Virus record (IMG/VR): IMGVR_UViG_3300045988_071833
Direction: 5' to 3' (one strand)
Length of the DNA stretch: 40,395 nucleotides
From: a virus
The position numbers were made by a program, and so were the translations under genes. The notes beneath the pieces were generated by a model. That model made no database searches. It had not been told where the DNA came from and saw only the letters and a program-made list of their open reading frames with translations. Shown in pieces: positions 16,280-23,920 of the stretch. How positions within the stretch are numbered: position 1 is the stretch's first letter; every line of letters starts with the position of its first letter.

Positions 16280-16678
16280 TCATCCGACACTCAACCTGGA
16301 CAGCAGGCCTTCTTGCAATACCTGGGAACAGTTGATGCCCCGTTTATCCGCAAGGTCTGCCATCCAGGACGGAAGAGATACATTTTTTCGGACGGCCCTT
16401 GTGTCGGTGGCGGCGCGGTATGCAAGTGTGTCAACCTGGATGAGAGACAGCACATCGGTTGGTTCATGCTCCAACGCGGCCTGTGGAGTGGCACTTGGAA
16501 TGGGAAGAGATTTATCTTCCGCCACTACAAGCCAACCGGAGGCGGCATCGGTGATTTGCTCAATAGCGTCTTCGATGCTGTCTCCTGTGGTGACGCAGCC
16601 GGGAAGGTCGGGAATACGGGCGTACAGTTCGGTTCCATCCTCTGTGGGGGTAAAGATCGCGGTATAGGTATATTTCAT
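16280..16678 (-). CDS. hicB: HicB-family antitoxin with C-terminal RHH-like DNA-binding tail
   Basis: GGAGG RBS. MKYTYTAIFTPTEDGTELYARIPDLPGCVTTGDSIEDAIEQITDAASGWL. C-terminus RKNVSLPSWMADLADKRGINCSQVLQEGL. Confidence 0.85.
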   Translation of the reverse strand: MKYTYTAIFTPTEDGTELYARIPDLPGCVTTGDSIEDAIEQITDAASGWLVVAEDKSLPIPSATPQAALEHEPTDVLSLIQVDTLAYRAATDTRAVRKNVSLPSWMADLADKRGINCSQVLQEGLLSRLSVG

Positions 16679-16716
16679 AATAGCCTCCATGATAGCAAGG
16701 AGGTCAAGGGGCTTTA

Positions 16717-16911
16717 TTAGCCCCTATCCCTCCGGTTTTGTTTGATTTCCTTGCGTATGTATCGGAGCGTATTTTCGGTGAACTTGTGGCGCTTGACGGG
16801 GATGGAGCATTTCAATCCTGGATTGTAGTAGATGTCGTGGTTGGTTCCGTGCCGCTCGAATCTGTATCCGCCTTTGTCAAGCTCTTGAATCGCCTGATCT
16901 CTTGGAGTCAT
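16717..16911 (-). CDS. hicA: HicA-family mRNA interferase toxin
   Basis: LDKGGYRFERHGTNHDIYYNPGLKCSIPVKRHKFTENTLRYIRKEI; 64 aa; GGGAGG RBS. Confidence 0.85.
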   Translation of the reverse strand: MTPRDQAIQELDKGGYRFERHGTNHDIYYNPGLKCSIPVKRHKFTENTLRYIRKEIKQNRRDRG

Positions 16912-16933
16912 AGCGCACCTCCCCTATGATTTT

Positions 16934-16961
16934 ATTATACACAGTTTTACACAAAAGTCAA
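16934..16961 (-). promoter_or_regulatory. Promoter for hicAB (TTGACT-16-TATAAT)
   Basis: Minus strand reads TTGACTtttgtgtaaaactgtgTATAATaaaatcatagGGGAGGtgcgctATG. Confidence 0.65.
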
Positions 16962-17076
16962 CAGAAAATACTCAAAAATACACAATATTTTATTTTGGTA
17001 AACACCGCAGAGAACAGCGGTTTTTATACAACGTTCGCCCCCAAAGAACCGGGGCCAAAGAAAAGGAGAACGATAT

Positions 17077-17682
17077 ATGGCACTCACACGCAAGCTTTTG
17101 AAGGGCATGGGTCTGACGGATGAACAGGTCGACACCATCATTGAAGCCCATACCGACACCGTGGACGGCCTGAAAGCCGATGTGGAAAAGTACAAGGGCG
17201 ACGCGGAAAAGCTGCCCACCGTCCAGAAGGAATTGGACGATTTGAAAGCCGCAGGGGACGGCGGCTACAAAGAGAAGTACGAAAAGGAGCACAAGGCCTT
17301 TGAGGACTTCAGGAAGGAGCGTGAAGCCAAAGATACCCGGGCGGCCAAGGAACAGGCGGTCATGGAGTATTTGAAAAGCAAGAACGTACAGGACACCAAT
17401 CTGAAACTTGCCCTTCGGAGCCTGTCGGCGGAAATCGACGGGGCCGAACTGGAAAACGGCAAGCTGAAGGACAGCAAGGCCTTTGACGACCTGCTGAGCG
17501 GCGAACTGAGCGGTCTGGTGACCACGACCACGGAAAAAGGCACCAGCAATCCGGCAACCCCGCCCGCAAACAACGGAAAGGTCATGACAAAGGCGGATAT
17601 TTACAAAAAGGACGACAAGGGCCGCTATGTAATGTCCGCCGCCGAGCGCCAGAAGGCGCTGATGGAAAATCAAATTACCTGA
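17077..17682 (+). CDS. Scaffolding protein (Phage_GP20-like)
   Basis: MALTRKLLKGMGLTDEQVDTIIEAHTDTVDGLKADVEKYK...; coiled-coil, charged; lies directly upstream of the capsid gene. Confidence 0.8.
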   Translation: MALTRKLLKGMGLTDEQVDTIIEAHTDTVDGLKADVEKYKGDAEKLPTVQKELDDLKAAGDGGYKEKYEKEHKAFEDFRKEREAKDTRAAKEQAVMEYLKSKNVQDTNLKLALRSLSAEIDGAELENGKLKDSKAFDDLLSGELSGLVTTTTEKGTSNPATPPANNGKVMTKADIYKKDDKGRYVMSAAERQKALMENQIT

Positions 17683-17699
17683 AAGGAATGAACTAAAAA

Positions 17700-18629
17700 A
17701 TGGCTGCAACGAAAGTTGAGACCCTTACCAACCCCCGCGATTCCCTGCCCAACGTTTATACCAATGTGACGGCCCGGGAAGTGGATTTTGTCACCCGGTT
17801 CAACGACAACTGGGACGCCCTGCGGAACATCCTGGGCATTATGCGCCCCATCCGCAAGGCCCCCGGCTCTCAGCTGATCTCTTACACCGCCGACGTGACC
17901 CTGGAGGACGGCGACGTTGACCCCGGCAATGTGATCCCCTACAGCAAGGCCACCATTACCCAGGTGACCAAAGCGAACCTAGCCATCAAGAAGTACGCCA
18001 AGGCCGTCCCCATTGAAGATGTGGACAAGTACGGTGCGGAGATCGCTGTGGAGAAGAGCGATGACGCCTTCCTGACCAAACTGCAGAACGTGGTGCTGGG
18101 TGACTTCTACACCTTCCTGAATACCGGCTCCCTGACCGGCACTGCCGCCACTTGGCAGGCCGCGCTTGCAAAGGCCCAGGGCGAAGTGCTGAACAAGTTC
18201 GCCGCTATGGCGAAGGATGTCACCTCTGTGGTGGGCTTTGCCAACATCTTGGACGCCTACGACTATCTGGGTTCTGCGGATATTACCGTGCAGACCCAAT
18301 TCGGCATCAACTACATCAAGGACTTCATGGGCTACTTCACTCTGTTTCTGCTGCCTGCCAGCGTCTCCGGCAACACTGGTATTGCCCGGAACAAGGTGCT
18401 GGCAACTCCGGTGGAGAACATCGACCTGTACTACGCGGACCCCGGCGACAGCGAGTTTGCCCGGCTTGGTCTGAACTACACCGTGCAGGGCGAGACCAAC
18501 CTGATCGGCTTCCACGCCCAGGGCAACTACAGCACCGCCGTTGGCGAGACTTACGCCATCATGGGCATGAAGCTGTGGGCCGAGTACCTGGACGGCATTG
18601 CCAATATCACGGTATCCTCGGGAAACTGA
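17700..18629 (+). CDS. Major capsid protein (zero-frame product)
   Basis: 309 aa after the scaffold gene, with the expected composition and position. Ends ...ANITVSSGN, TGA at 18627. Confidence 0.85.
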   Translation: MAATKVETLTNPRDSLPNVYTNVTAREVDFVTRFNDNWDALRNILGIMRPIRKAPGSQLISYTADVTLEDGDVDPGNVIPYSKATITQVTKANLAIKKYAKAVPIEDVDKYGAEIAVEKSDDAFLTKLQNVVLGDFYTFLNTGSLTGTAATWQAALAKAQGEVLNKFAAMAKDVTSVVGFANILDAYDYLGSADITVQTQFGINYIKDFMGYFTLFLLPASVSGNTGIARNKVLATPVENIDLYYADPGDSEFARLGLNYTVQGETNLIGFHAQGNYSTAVGETYAIMGMKLWAEYLDGIANITVSSGN

Positions 18630-18662
18630 GCGCGCGCCTTTCGGGGCTGACGATTGGCGCGC
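18620..18662 (+). promoter_or_regulatory. -1 programmed ribosomal frameshift signal (slippery heptamer plus stem-loop)
   Basis: G_GGA_AAC at 18620-18626 in the capsid frame, one codon before the stop. A 5-nt spacer, then 7-bp GC stem gcgcgcc (18632-18638) / ggcgcgc (18656-18662). Confidence 0.65.
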
Positions 18663-18904
18663 TGGCATTGACGCCAGCGTTTGACAGTGACACGGCGTCC
18701 TATACAGCCACTACCAGCAACGCCACCAACACGGTTACGGCCACGCCGGAGGACGAAAACGCAGAAGTTACCATCCTGAACGGTGAAACGGAAGTGGAGA
18801 ACGGTACGGCGGCGACTTGGGCGACTGGTGAAAACACATTGACAATCAATGTGAAGAACGGCAGCACGGGAAAGACCTATACCGTGGTTGTCACGAAGTC
18901 TTAA
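18626..18904 (+). CDS. -1 frame C-terminal extension of the major capsid protein: cadherin-like/Ig-like beta-sandwich domain
   Basis: No ATG or RBS of its own. LSARLSGLTIGALALTPAFDSDTASYTATTSNATNTVTATPEDENAEVTILNG...GENTLTINVKNGSTGKTYTVVVTKS matches the cadherin-like L..L.....L.P.F......Y...V...V.V.A...tYt..V pattern. Confidence 0.7.
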   Translation: MSARLSGLTIGALALTPAFDSDTASYTATTSNATNTVTATPEDENAEVTILNGETEVENGTAATWATGENTLTINVKNGSTGKTYTVVVTKS

Positions 18905-18920
18905 ATAGGAGGGCAGCGTA

Positions 18921-19346
18921 ATGCTTGAACAGGTTTTGCGGCATCTGAATAACTGGTTTTTAGCGCCGGGTGGTATCCACGAGGATACCTATACCATACA
19001 GGACGGCGGCGTTGCGCTTCCCTTCCTGAAAAATGGTCAGTATTTCCGCATCTGTGGCAGCGTGTTCAATGAAGGGTTGCACCAGTATCCGGCGTATGCG
19101 CTGACGGATGAGACCTTTGCGGGCGCCGTGTGGGCGCTGGCGGTGCCCAAAGCGGTGGTGGAGCTGGCCGGAGAGATCGCGGAGTGGGAAAAGAAGAATG
19201 GGGCGGCGGCAAAAAGTCCGTACCAGTCGGAGAGCTTCGGAGGGTACAGCTATTCAAAGTCAGCCTCCGTGTCCAGCGCGTCCGGCGGAATAAACGGCTG
19301 GCAAGACGCATTCAGAAGCCGCCTGAACGATTGGAGGAAGCTATGA
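18921..19346 (+). CDS. Head-tail connector/adaptor protein (putative)
   Basis: Call is by position after the capsid gene; 141 aa; AGGAGGG RBS. Confidence 0.55.
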   Translation: MLEQVLRHLNNWFLAPGGIHEDTYTIQDGGVALPFLKNGQYFRICGSVFNEGLHQYPAYALTDETFAGAVWALAVPKAVVELAGEIAEWEKKNGAAAKSPYQSESFGGYSYSKSASVSSASGGINGWQDAFRSRLNDWRKL

Positions 19347-19693
19347 GCCTGTTAGACGATTTTGCACGGCCCTGCGTGCTGCTGGAAAAGACGAGGCAGC
19401 CAGACGGCGAGGGCGGATATACCGTCGAATGGACGGACGGCGCGGGGTTCCAGAACTATCAGGCGCTGGACACCACCATGGAGGCCCGGATCGCGGAAAA
19501 GCAGGGCGTCACCAGCGTGTATTCCGCCCTGGTGGACAAGGCGGTTCCAATTGAGTACAACGACTATTTCCGGGATACCTCCACGGGGCAGACCTACCGG
19601 GTAACCTCCAACCCCAGTGAAAAAGAGGCCCCCAAGTCCGCCACGTTCTCCCTGAAGTTCTTCACTTCGGAGAGAAAGGAGCTGCCCACATGA
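19343..19693 (+). CDS. Head closure / head-tail joining protein (putative)
   Basis: ATGA-coupled; 116 aa; call is by position in the connector module. Confidence 0.55.
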   Translation: MSLLDDFARPCVLLEKTRQPDGEGGYTVEWTDGAGFQNYQALDTTMEARIAEKQGVTSVYSALVDKAVPIEYNDYFRDTSTGQTYRVTSNPSEKEAPKSATFSLKFFTSERKELPT

Positions 19694-20028
19694 AAGTAAA
19701 TGTTTTGGGCGCTGAATATAGCGTGACTGTGACGAATGAAGTAAAAGAACCACGCCTGACAAATAAAGATGGGTTCTGCGACGAAACAACCCATGAGATA
19801 TTTGCGGAGGACTACACCGGAACAAAAGTTACAGACGACCTGGACAGCAAGAGGCTTCTGAAAGAGCAGACCAAAAAAGTTTTGCGTCACGAAATCACTC
19901 ACGCATATCTCTTTGAAAGCGGACTGGCCGAAAACAGCGAATGGGCGAAAAACGAGGAAATTGTTGACTGGATTGCAATACAGGGGCCAAAACTGTACAA
20001 GGCATGGCAGGAGGCAGATGCGCTATGA
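19690..20028 (+). CDS. Small HExxH-motif protein within the head-tail joining module
   Basis: VLRHEITHAYLFESGL contains HEITH; ATGA-coupled on both sides. Confidence 0.55.
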   Translation: MKVNVLGAEYSVTVTNEVKEPRLTNKDGFCDETTHEIFAEDYTGTKVTDDLDSKRLLKEQTKKVLRHEITHAYLFESGLAENSEWAKNEEIVDWIAIQGPKLYKAWQEADAL

Positions 20029-20393
20029 CCAAAGGCGCGGCTTTGCAGGCTTTTTTTGAGCGTTTCCTGCCGTCCTATGCGGCGTCTGCCGTTCCGAATG
20101 ATGTGACATTCCCCTATCTCACCTATGAGCTTATCACAGACGCCTGGGACGGCGGAGAGGTTGGTATAACGGTCAACCTGCGGGATTACACCACCAAAGA
20201 AGCGCCGCTCAATGCAAAAGCGCAGGAGTTGTCTAATGCTATTGGCTTGGGCGGCGTGACGCTTCCTTGTGATGATGGCTTTATCTGGATGAAACGCGGC
20301 TCCCCCTGGTGCCAGAGCCTGTACGACGCCAGCGACAGCCACATCAAGCGGCGGTATTTGAACGTGACCGCCGAATACATGACTTTGAATTGA
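20025..20393 (+). CDS. Tail completion/terminator-like protein (putative)
   Basis: Lies immediately before the major tail protein gene; 122 aa. Confidence 0.5.
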   Translation: MTKGAALQAFFERFLPSYAASAVPNDVTFPYLTYELITDAWDGGEVGITVNLRDYTTKEAPLNAKAQELSNAIGLGGVTLPCDDGFIWMKRGSPWCQSLYDASDSHIKRRYLNVTAEYMTLN

Positions 20394-20408
20394 AAGGACT
20401 GAAAAGAA

Positions 20409-20999
20409 TTGAAATTTACACGTATTCCCGAGACTGCATTTCAGAAACTGCAGCTGAACGCGGGCATTCTGCTCTCTGACTTTGACCCGGCCACCGGCGA
20501 AGTGACGGAGGCCGACCTGATGGGCGCCACCAGCGGCGGCGTGAACTTCACCGCTACGCCCTCCTTCTCTGACTTCGGCGAGGATATTGACAACTGCCCG
20601 GTCAACGTTCTGGAACTGAAAAAGCTGGACAGTTGGGAAGTAAAGATGTCCGGCACCTTTATCACTGTGGACACGGCCAGCGCAAAGACCCTAATCGGCG
20701 CGGCGGATATCGGAACCACTGACACCACCAAAATCGTCCCTCGCAACGACATTCTGACCGCCGATTTCAAGGACATCTGGTGGGTGGGCGACTACTCCGA
20801 CAAGAACGGCGACACCAACGGCGGCTTTGTGGCCATCCACATGCTGAACGGTTTGTCCACCGGCGGCTTCCAGCTTCAGAGCGGCAACCGGGAAAAGGGC
20901 CAGTTTGCCTTTGAGTTTACCGGCCACTATTCCATGGAAGCGCAGGACACCGTACCCTTTGAGGTCTATGTGAAGGCCGGAACGGCGGAAGGTGCTTAA
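20409..20999 (+). CDS. Major tail (tube) protein
   Basis: TTG start. 196 aa, beta-rich, directly upstream of the chaperone pair and tape measure gene. Confidence 0.75.
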   Translation: MKFTRIPETAFQKLQLNAGILLSDFDPATGEVTEADLMGATSGGVNFTATPSFSDFGEDIDNCPVNVLELKKLDSWEVKMSGTFITVDTASAKTLIGAADIGTTDTTKIVPRNDILTADFKDIWWVGDYSDKNGDTNGGFVAIHMLNGLSTGGFQLQSGNREKGQFAFEFTGHYSMEAQDTVPFEVYVKAGTAEGA

Positions 21000-21394
21000 T
21001 GAAGCTATCTGATATCAAGGGAGACCGCACGCTGGAAGTCATCGCCGAAATTATCGACCCCATCGCCAATATAGTGGAGGACGATACAGCGTCTGCCATG
21101 TTCCGCCGGGAGAAGCTTCCGGAGGGAGTGACGGCAAAAAAATTCTTACTGCAAAGGGCAAGAAAGTCCCTTCCTGTGCTGCTGAAGGGGCACAAGGCGG
21201 ATATTATCTCCATTTTGTCCAGCATCGAGGGCGTGCCCCCGGAGGAATACGCCGGGGCTTTGAATCTAGTCAAGCTGCTGAAGGATTGCACAGACCTTTT
21301 GACCGATGAAACGTTCAGCGCACTTTTTATCTCAGCGCAGAGCGAGAAACAATCTGGCTCTGCGCCGGAGAATACCGAGGCCCCAGAACAGTAA
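20999..21394 (+). CDS. Tail assembly chaperone (gpG-like)
   Basis: 131-aa acidic protein between the tube and tape measure genes. Confidence 0.7.
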   Translation: MKLSDIKGDRTLEVIAEIIDPIANIVEDDTASAMFRREKLPEGVTAKKFLLQRARKSLPVLLKGHKADIISILSSIEGVPPEEYAGALNLVKLLKDCTDLLTDETFSALFISAQSEKQSGSAPENTEAPEQ

Positions 21395-21636
21395 AGGCGT
21401 TTGCCCGGTACGCGGCCGCAAGGCTAGACCGGCAGTTGAAAGAGGGCGCGTACTGGGTCTATGTGACCGATGCGCTGAGAATTATCAGCGAGAACACGGC
21501 CAAATATACCGATGGAAATTATCTAAAGGCCAGATATGCAGATATGATTCATCCAAAGCCGCAGGATAACAGAACGGGAGATGAGATCGTAGAGGACATT
21601 ATCAAGCGGGCTGGATTGGTGGTGAAAACGGAATGA
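21310..21636 (+). CDS. Tail assembly chaperone -1 frame extension (gpT-like part; putative G-T fusion)
   Basis: The -1 frame is open from 21310 and overlaps the G 3' end by 85 nt. It has no ATG or good RBS (only TTG 21436). It ends in an ATGA overlap with the tape measure start. Confidence 0.5.
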   Translation, partial: NVQRTFYLSAERETIWLCAGEYRGPRTVKAFARYAAARLDRQLKEGAYWVYVTDALRIISENTAKYTDGNYLKARYADMIHPKPQDNRTGDEIVEDIIKRAGLVVKTE

Positions 21637-23549
21637 ATGTATTTGACTTATATGCAAAAATCGCGCTGGACACCGGAGGCTATGAAAAGGGCCTTGAAGA
21701 TGCCAGCGGGAAAACCTCTGATTTTGCGGACAAGCTGAAATCCGGACTTGCCACGGCGGCAAAAGTCGGAGCGGCGGCATTGACAGCCGCAAGCACAGCG
21801 TTAGGCGCTCTCACGAAACAATCTATCGAAGGATATGCGGAGTATGAGCAGCTTGTCGGCGGCGTGGAAACGCTGTTTAAAACAAGTGCCGACGTGGTGC
21901 AGGAGTATGCTGCCAACGCTTATAAGACTGCCGGCCTCTCTGCCAATGAGTACATGGAGACCGTCACCAGTTTTTCCGCGTCCTTGCTGCAAAGCCTGGA
22001 TAATGATACGGCGGCGGCAGCCGAAAAAGCTGACCTTGCCATTACGGATATGTCGGATAATGCTAATAAAATGGGTACTAGCATGGAGTCCATCCAAAAC
22101 GCCTATCAAGGGTTTGCCAAGCAAAACTATACCATGTTGGACAACCTAAAATTAGGATATGGTGGAACAAAAGAAGAAATGGGTCGGCTGTTGAAAGACG
22201 CCGAAAAACTTGCTGGGCTTGACCCATTCAGCCTTAATATCAATTCTTTTGATGACATTGTGACTGCCATTCATATTGTTCAAACAGAAATGGGAATCAC
22301 TGGAACCACGGCGCTGGAGGCCAGCACCACCATTCAGGGCAGCGTTTCAGCGATGAAATCCGCATGGTCAAACCTTGTTGCCGGAATCGCAGACGAAAAC
22401 GCAGACCTTGATACGCTGATCGGGAATGTTGTAACCAGTGCGGAGACGGCGGCGGAGAACATCATCCCCCGCATTACGCAGATCTTGTCCGGCATGGGAG
22501 CAGCCATCCAGCAATTAGCGCCTATCCTTGCGGCGGAAGTCCCTGCTCTCATTGCTTCCGTGTTGCCGTCTCTGGTGAGCGCCGGTGCTCAACTTCTGGT
22601 TGGCATTACTACGGGCCTGATTGGTGCGCTCCCACAGTTGGCGGCATCAGTCCCGCAGATTGTCACGGAAGTGTACAACAGCCTTGTGGCGGCTGGCCCA
22701 CAGTTAGTCACAGCGGGGGATGAGCTCCTAACCATGCTGGGAGACGGGATCATTACATACGTTCCCGAACTGATTGCCCGGCTCCCGGAGGTTATTACGG
22801 AAATCTACAACTTCATGGCGGAGAACGCCCCAAAGTTTATTGAATCCGGGCTTGAATTTGTTGGGCAGTTGGCACTTGGAATTATAAACGCAATTCCTGA
22901 TATGGTGGCAAAGCTCCCGGATGTGATAAACGCCATTGTCAACTACATTACTTCTGTCCTTCCAGTTATCGTAAAAAAGGGCTCTGAACTTCTGGGGAAA
23001 TTGACTGTCGGAATCCTCTCTGCAATCCCTGACCTTGTCGCAGCATTACCCCAAATCATTGCGGCTATTGTCGAAGGGATTGGGGCACTGATGGGGAGTA
23101 TTGTGGACATTGGGAAGAATGTTGTAAAAGGCATATGGGAAGGCATTACTAGCATGGGTAGTTGGCTGGGAGGCAAAGTAAGCGGATTCTTCGGTGGAAT
23201 AGTTGATGGCGCAAAAAATGTGCTTGGGATACATTCGCCATCTAAGGTATTTGCACAAATTGGCAACAATATGGCTAAAGGATTGTGGGAAGGATGGAAT
23301 ACTGAGTACATAGGCATAAATAAGGCAATAGAAAATGGTTTTGATTTTGAAAGAGCGAGTGTTCTGGGGACATCTAACCCCAATGCTGTAGGTAAGGGGA
23401 CTGGAATGATTAGCAGCCAATTTTCCACAATCGGAGACATTGTGCTTAATATAACGAGCGAGATTGATGGCGCAGTTTTGTCGCATAAAATGTACAGATA
23501 CAACATCCGAGAGGGGAAAAACAGGGGGAGTTCCCTGGTGAATGTATGA
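21633..23549 (+). CDS. Tape measure protein
   Basis: 638 aa, Ala/Gly-rich helical, repeated IP(D/E)LVA...LP motifs; canonical position. Confidence 0.85.
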   Translation: MNVFDLYAKIALDTGGYEKGLEDASGKTSDFADKLKSGLATAAKVGAAALTAASTALGALTKQSIEGYAEYEQLVGGVETLFKTSADVVQEYAANAYKTAGLSANEYMETVTSFSASLLQSLDNDTAAAAEKADLAITDMSDNANKMGTSMESIQNAYQGFAKQNYTMLDNLKLGYGGTKEEMGRLLKDAEKLAGLDPFSLNINSFDDIVTAIHIVQTEMGITGTTALEASTTIQGSVSAMKSAWSNLVAGIADENADLDTLIGNVVTSAETAAENIIPRITQILSGMGAAIQQLAPILAAEVPALIASVLPSLVSAGAQLLVGITTGLIGALPQLAASVPQIVTEVYNSLVAAGPQLVTAGDELLTMLGDGIITYVPELIARLPEVITEIYNFMAENAPKFIESGLEFVGQLALGIINAIPDMVAKLPDVINAIVNYITSVLPVIVKKGSELLGKLTVGILSAIPDLVAALPQIIAAIVEGIGALMGSIVDIGKNVVKGIWEGITSMGSWLGGKVSGFFGGIVDGAKNVLGIHSPSKVFAQIGNNMAKGLWEGWNTEYIGINKAIENGFDFERASVLGTSNPNAVGKGTGMISSQFSTIGDIVLNITSEIDGAVLSHKMYRYNIREGKNRGSSLVNV

Positions 23550-23920
23550 GTAAGACCTTAAAAATAAATGGGACAGATTTTACAAAAACATTTACTCCAT
23601 CTGGATATACAGTAGCATATATTAAAAGGCTCGGAAGCAATGGCGGACAAATGAAGGACGGGTCATATAGCGAAGATGTATTAGCACTTAAGGCAAAAAT
23701 TACGGCCACATGTATGCCATTAACGGATAACGCACAAAGCGAATTGCTACAAGCGATACTTCAGACGCAATACCCGACGTTGTACTATTTTGACCCCAAA
23801 GAAGGCGATTACAAGTATATAGAAACTATGGCTGAATTAGGAGAGCAAAAGTACAGGGGGCTTGGATCGGACCAAAAAGAATATTGGACAGGGTTGGTTA
23901 TAACATTTGAGGAACGATAA
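23546..23920 (+). CDS. Short distal tail (Dit-position) protein
   Basis: ATGA-coupled after the tape measure gene; only 124 aa. Confidence 0.4.
   Translation: MSKTLKINGTDFTKTFTPSGYTVAYIKRLGSNGGQMKDGSYSEDVLALKAKITATCMPLTDNAQSELLQAILQTQYPTLYYFDPKEGDYKYIETMAELGEQKYRGLGSDQKEYWTGLVITFEER

Noticed and set aside
17003-17030. Hairpin accgc-agagaaca-gcggt plus ttttta upstream of the scaffold gene as a terminator
   Set aside because: It has only a 5-bp stem with an 8-nt loop, and no plus-strand gene ends upstream of it. It is more likely incidental or part of the late-gene leader.
18152-18619. Upstream part of ORF 18152..18904 as an independent 250-aa gene
   Set aside because: This part is an Arg/Gly-rich alternate-frame shadow of the capsid gene. 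Only the segment after the slippery site (18626-18904) looks like real protein.
21306-21569. +1 frame ORF (87 aa) overlapping the chaperone region as the frameshift partner
   Set aside because: The translation is Arg-rich junk (RRARNNLALRRRIPRPQNS), whereas the -1 frame gives protein-like sequence and ends at the tape-measure start.
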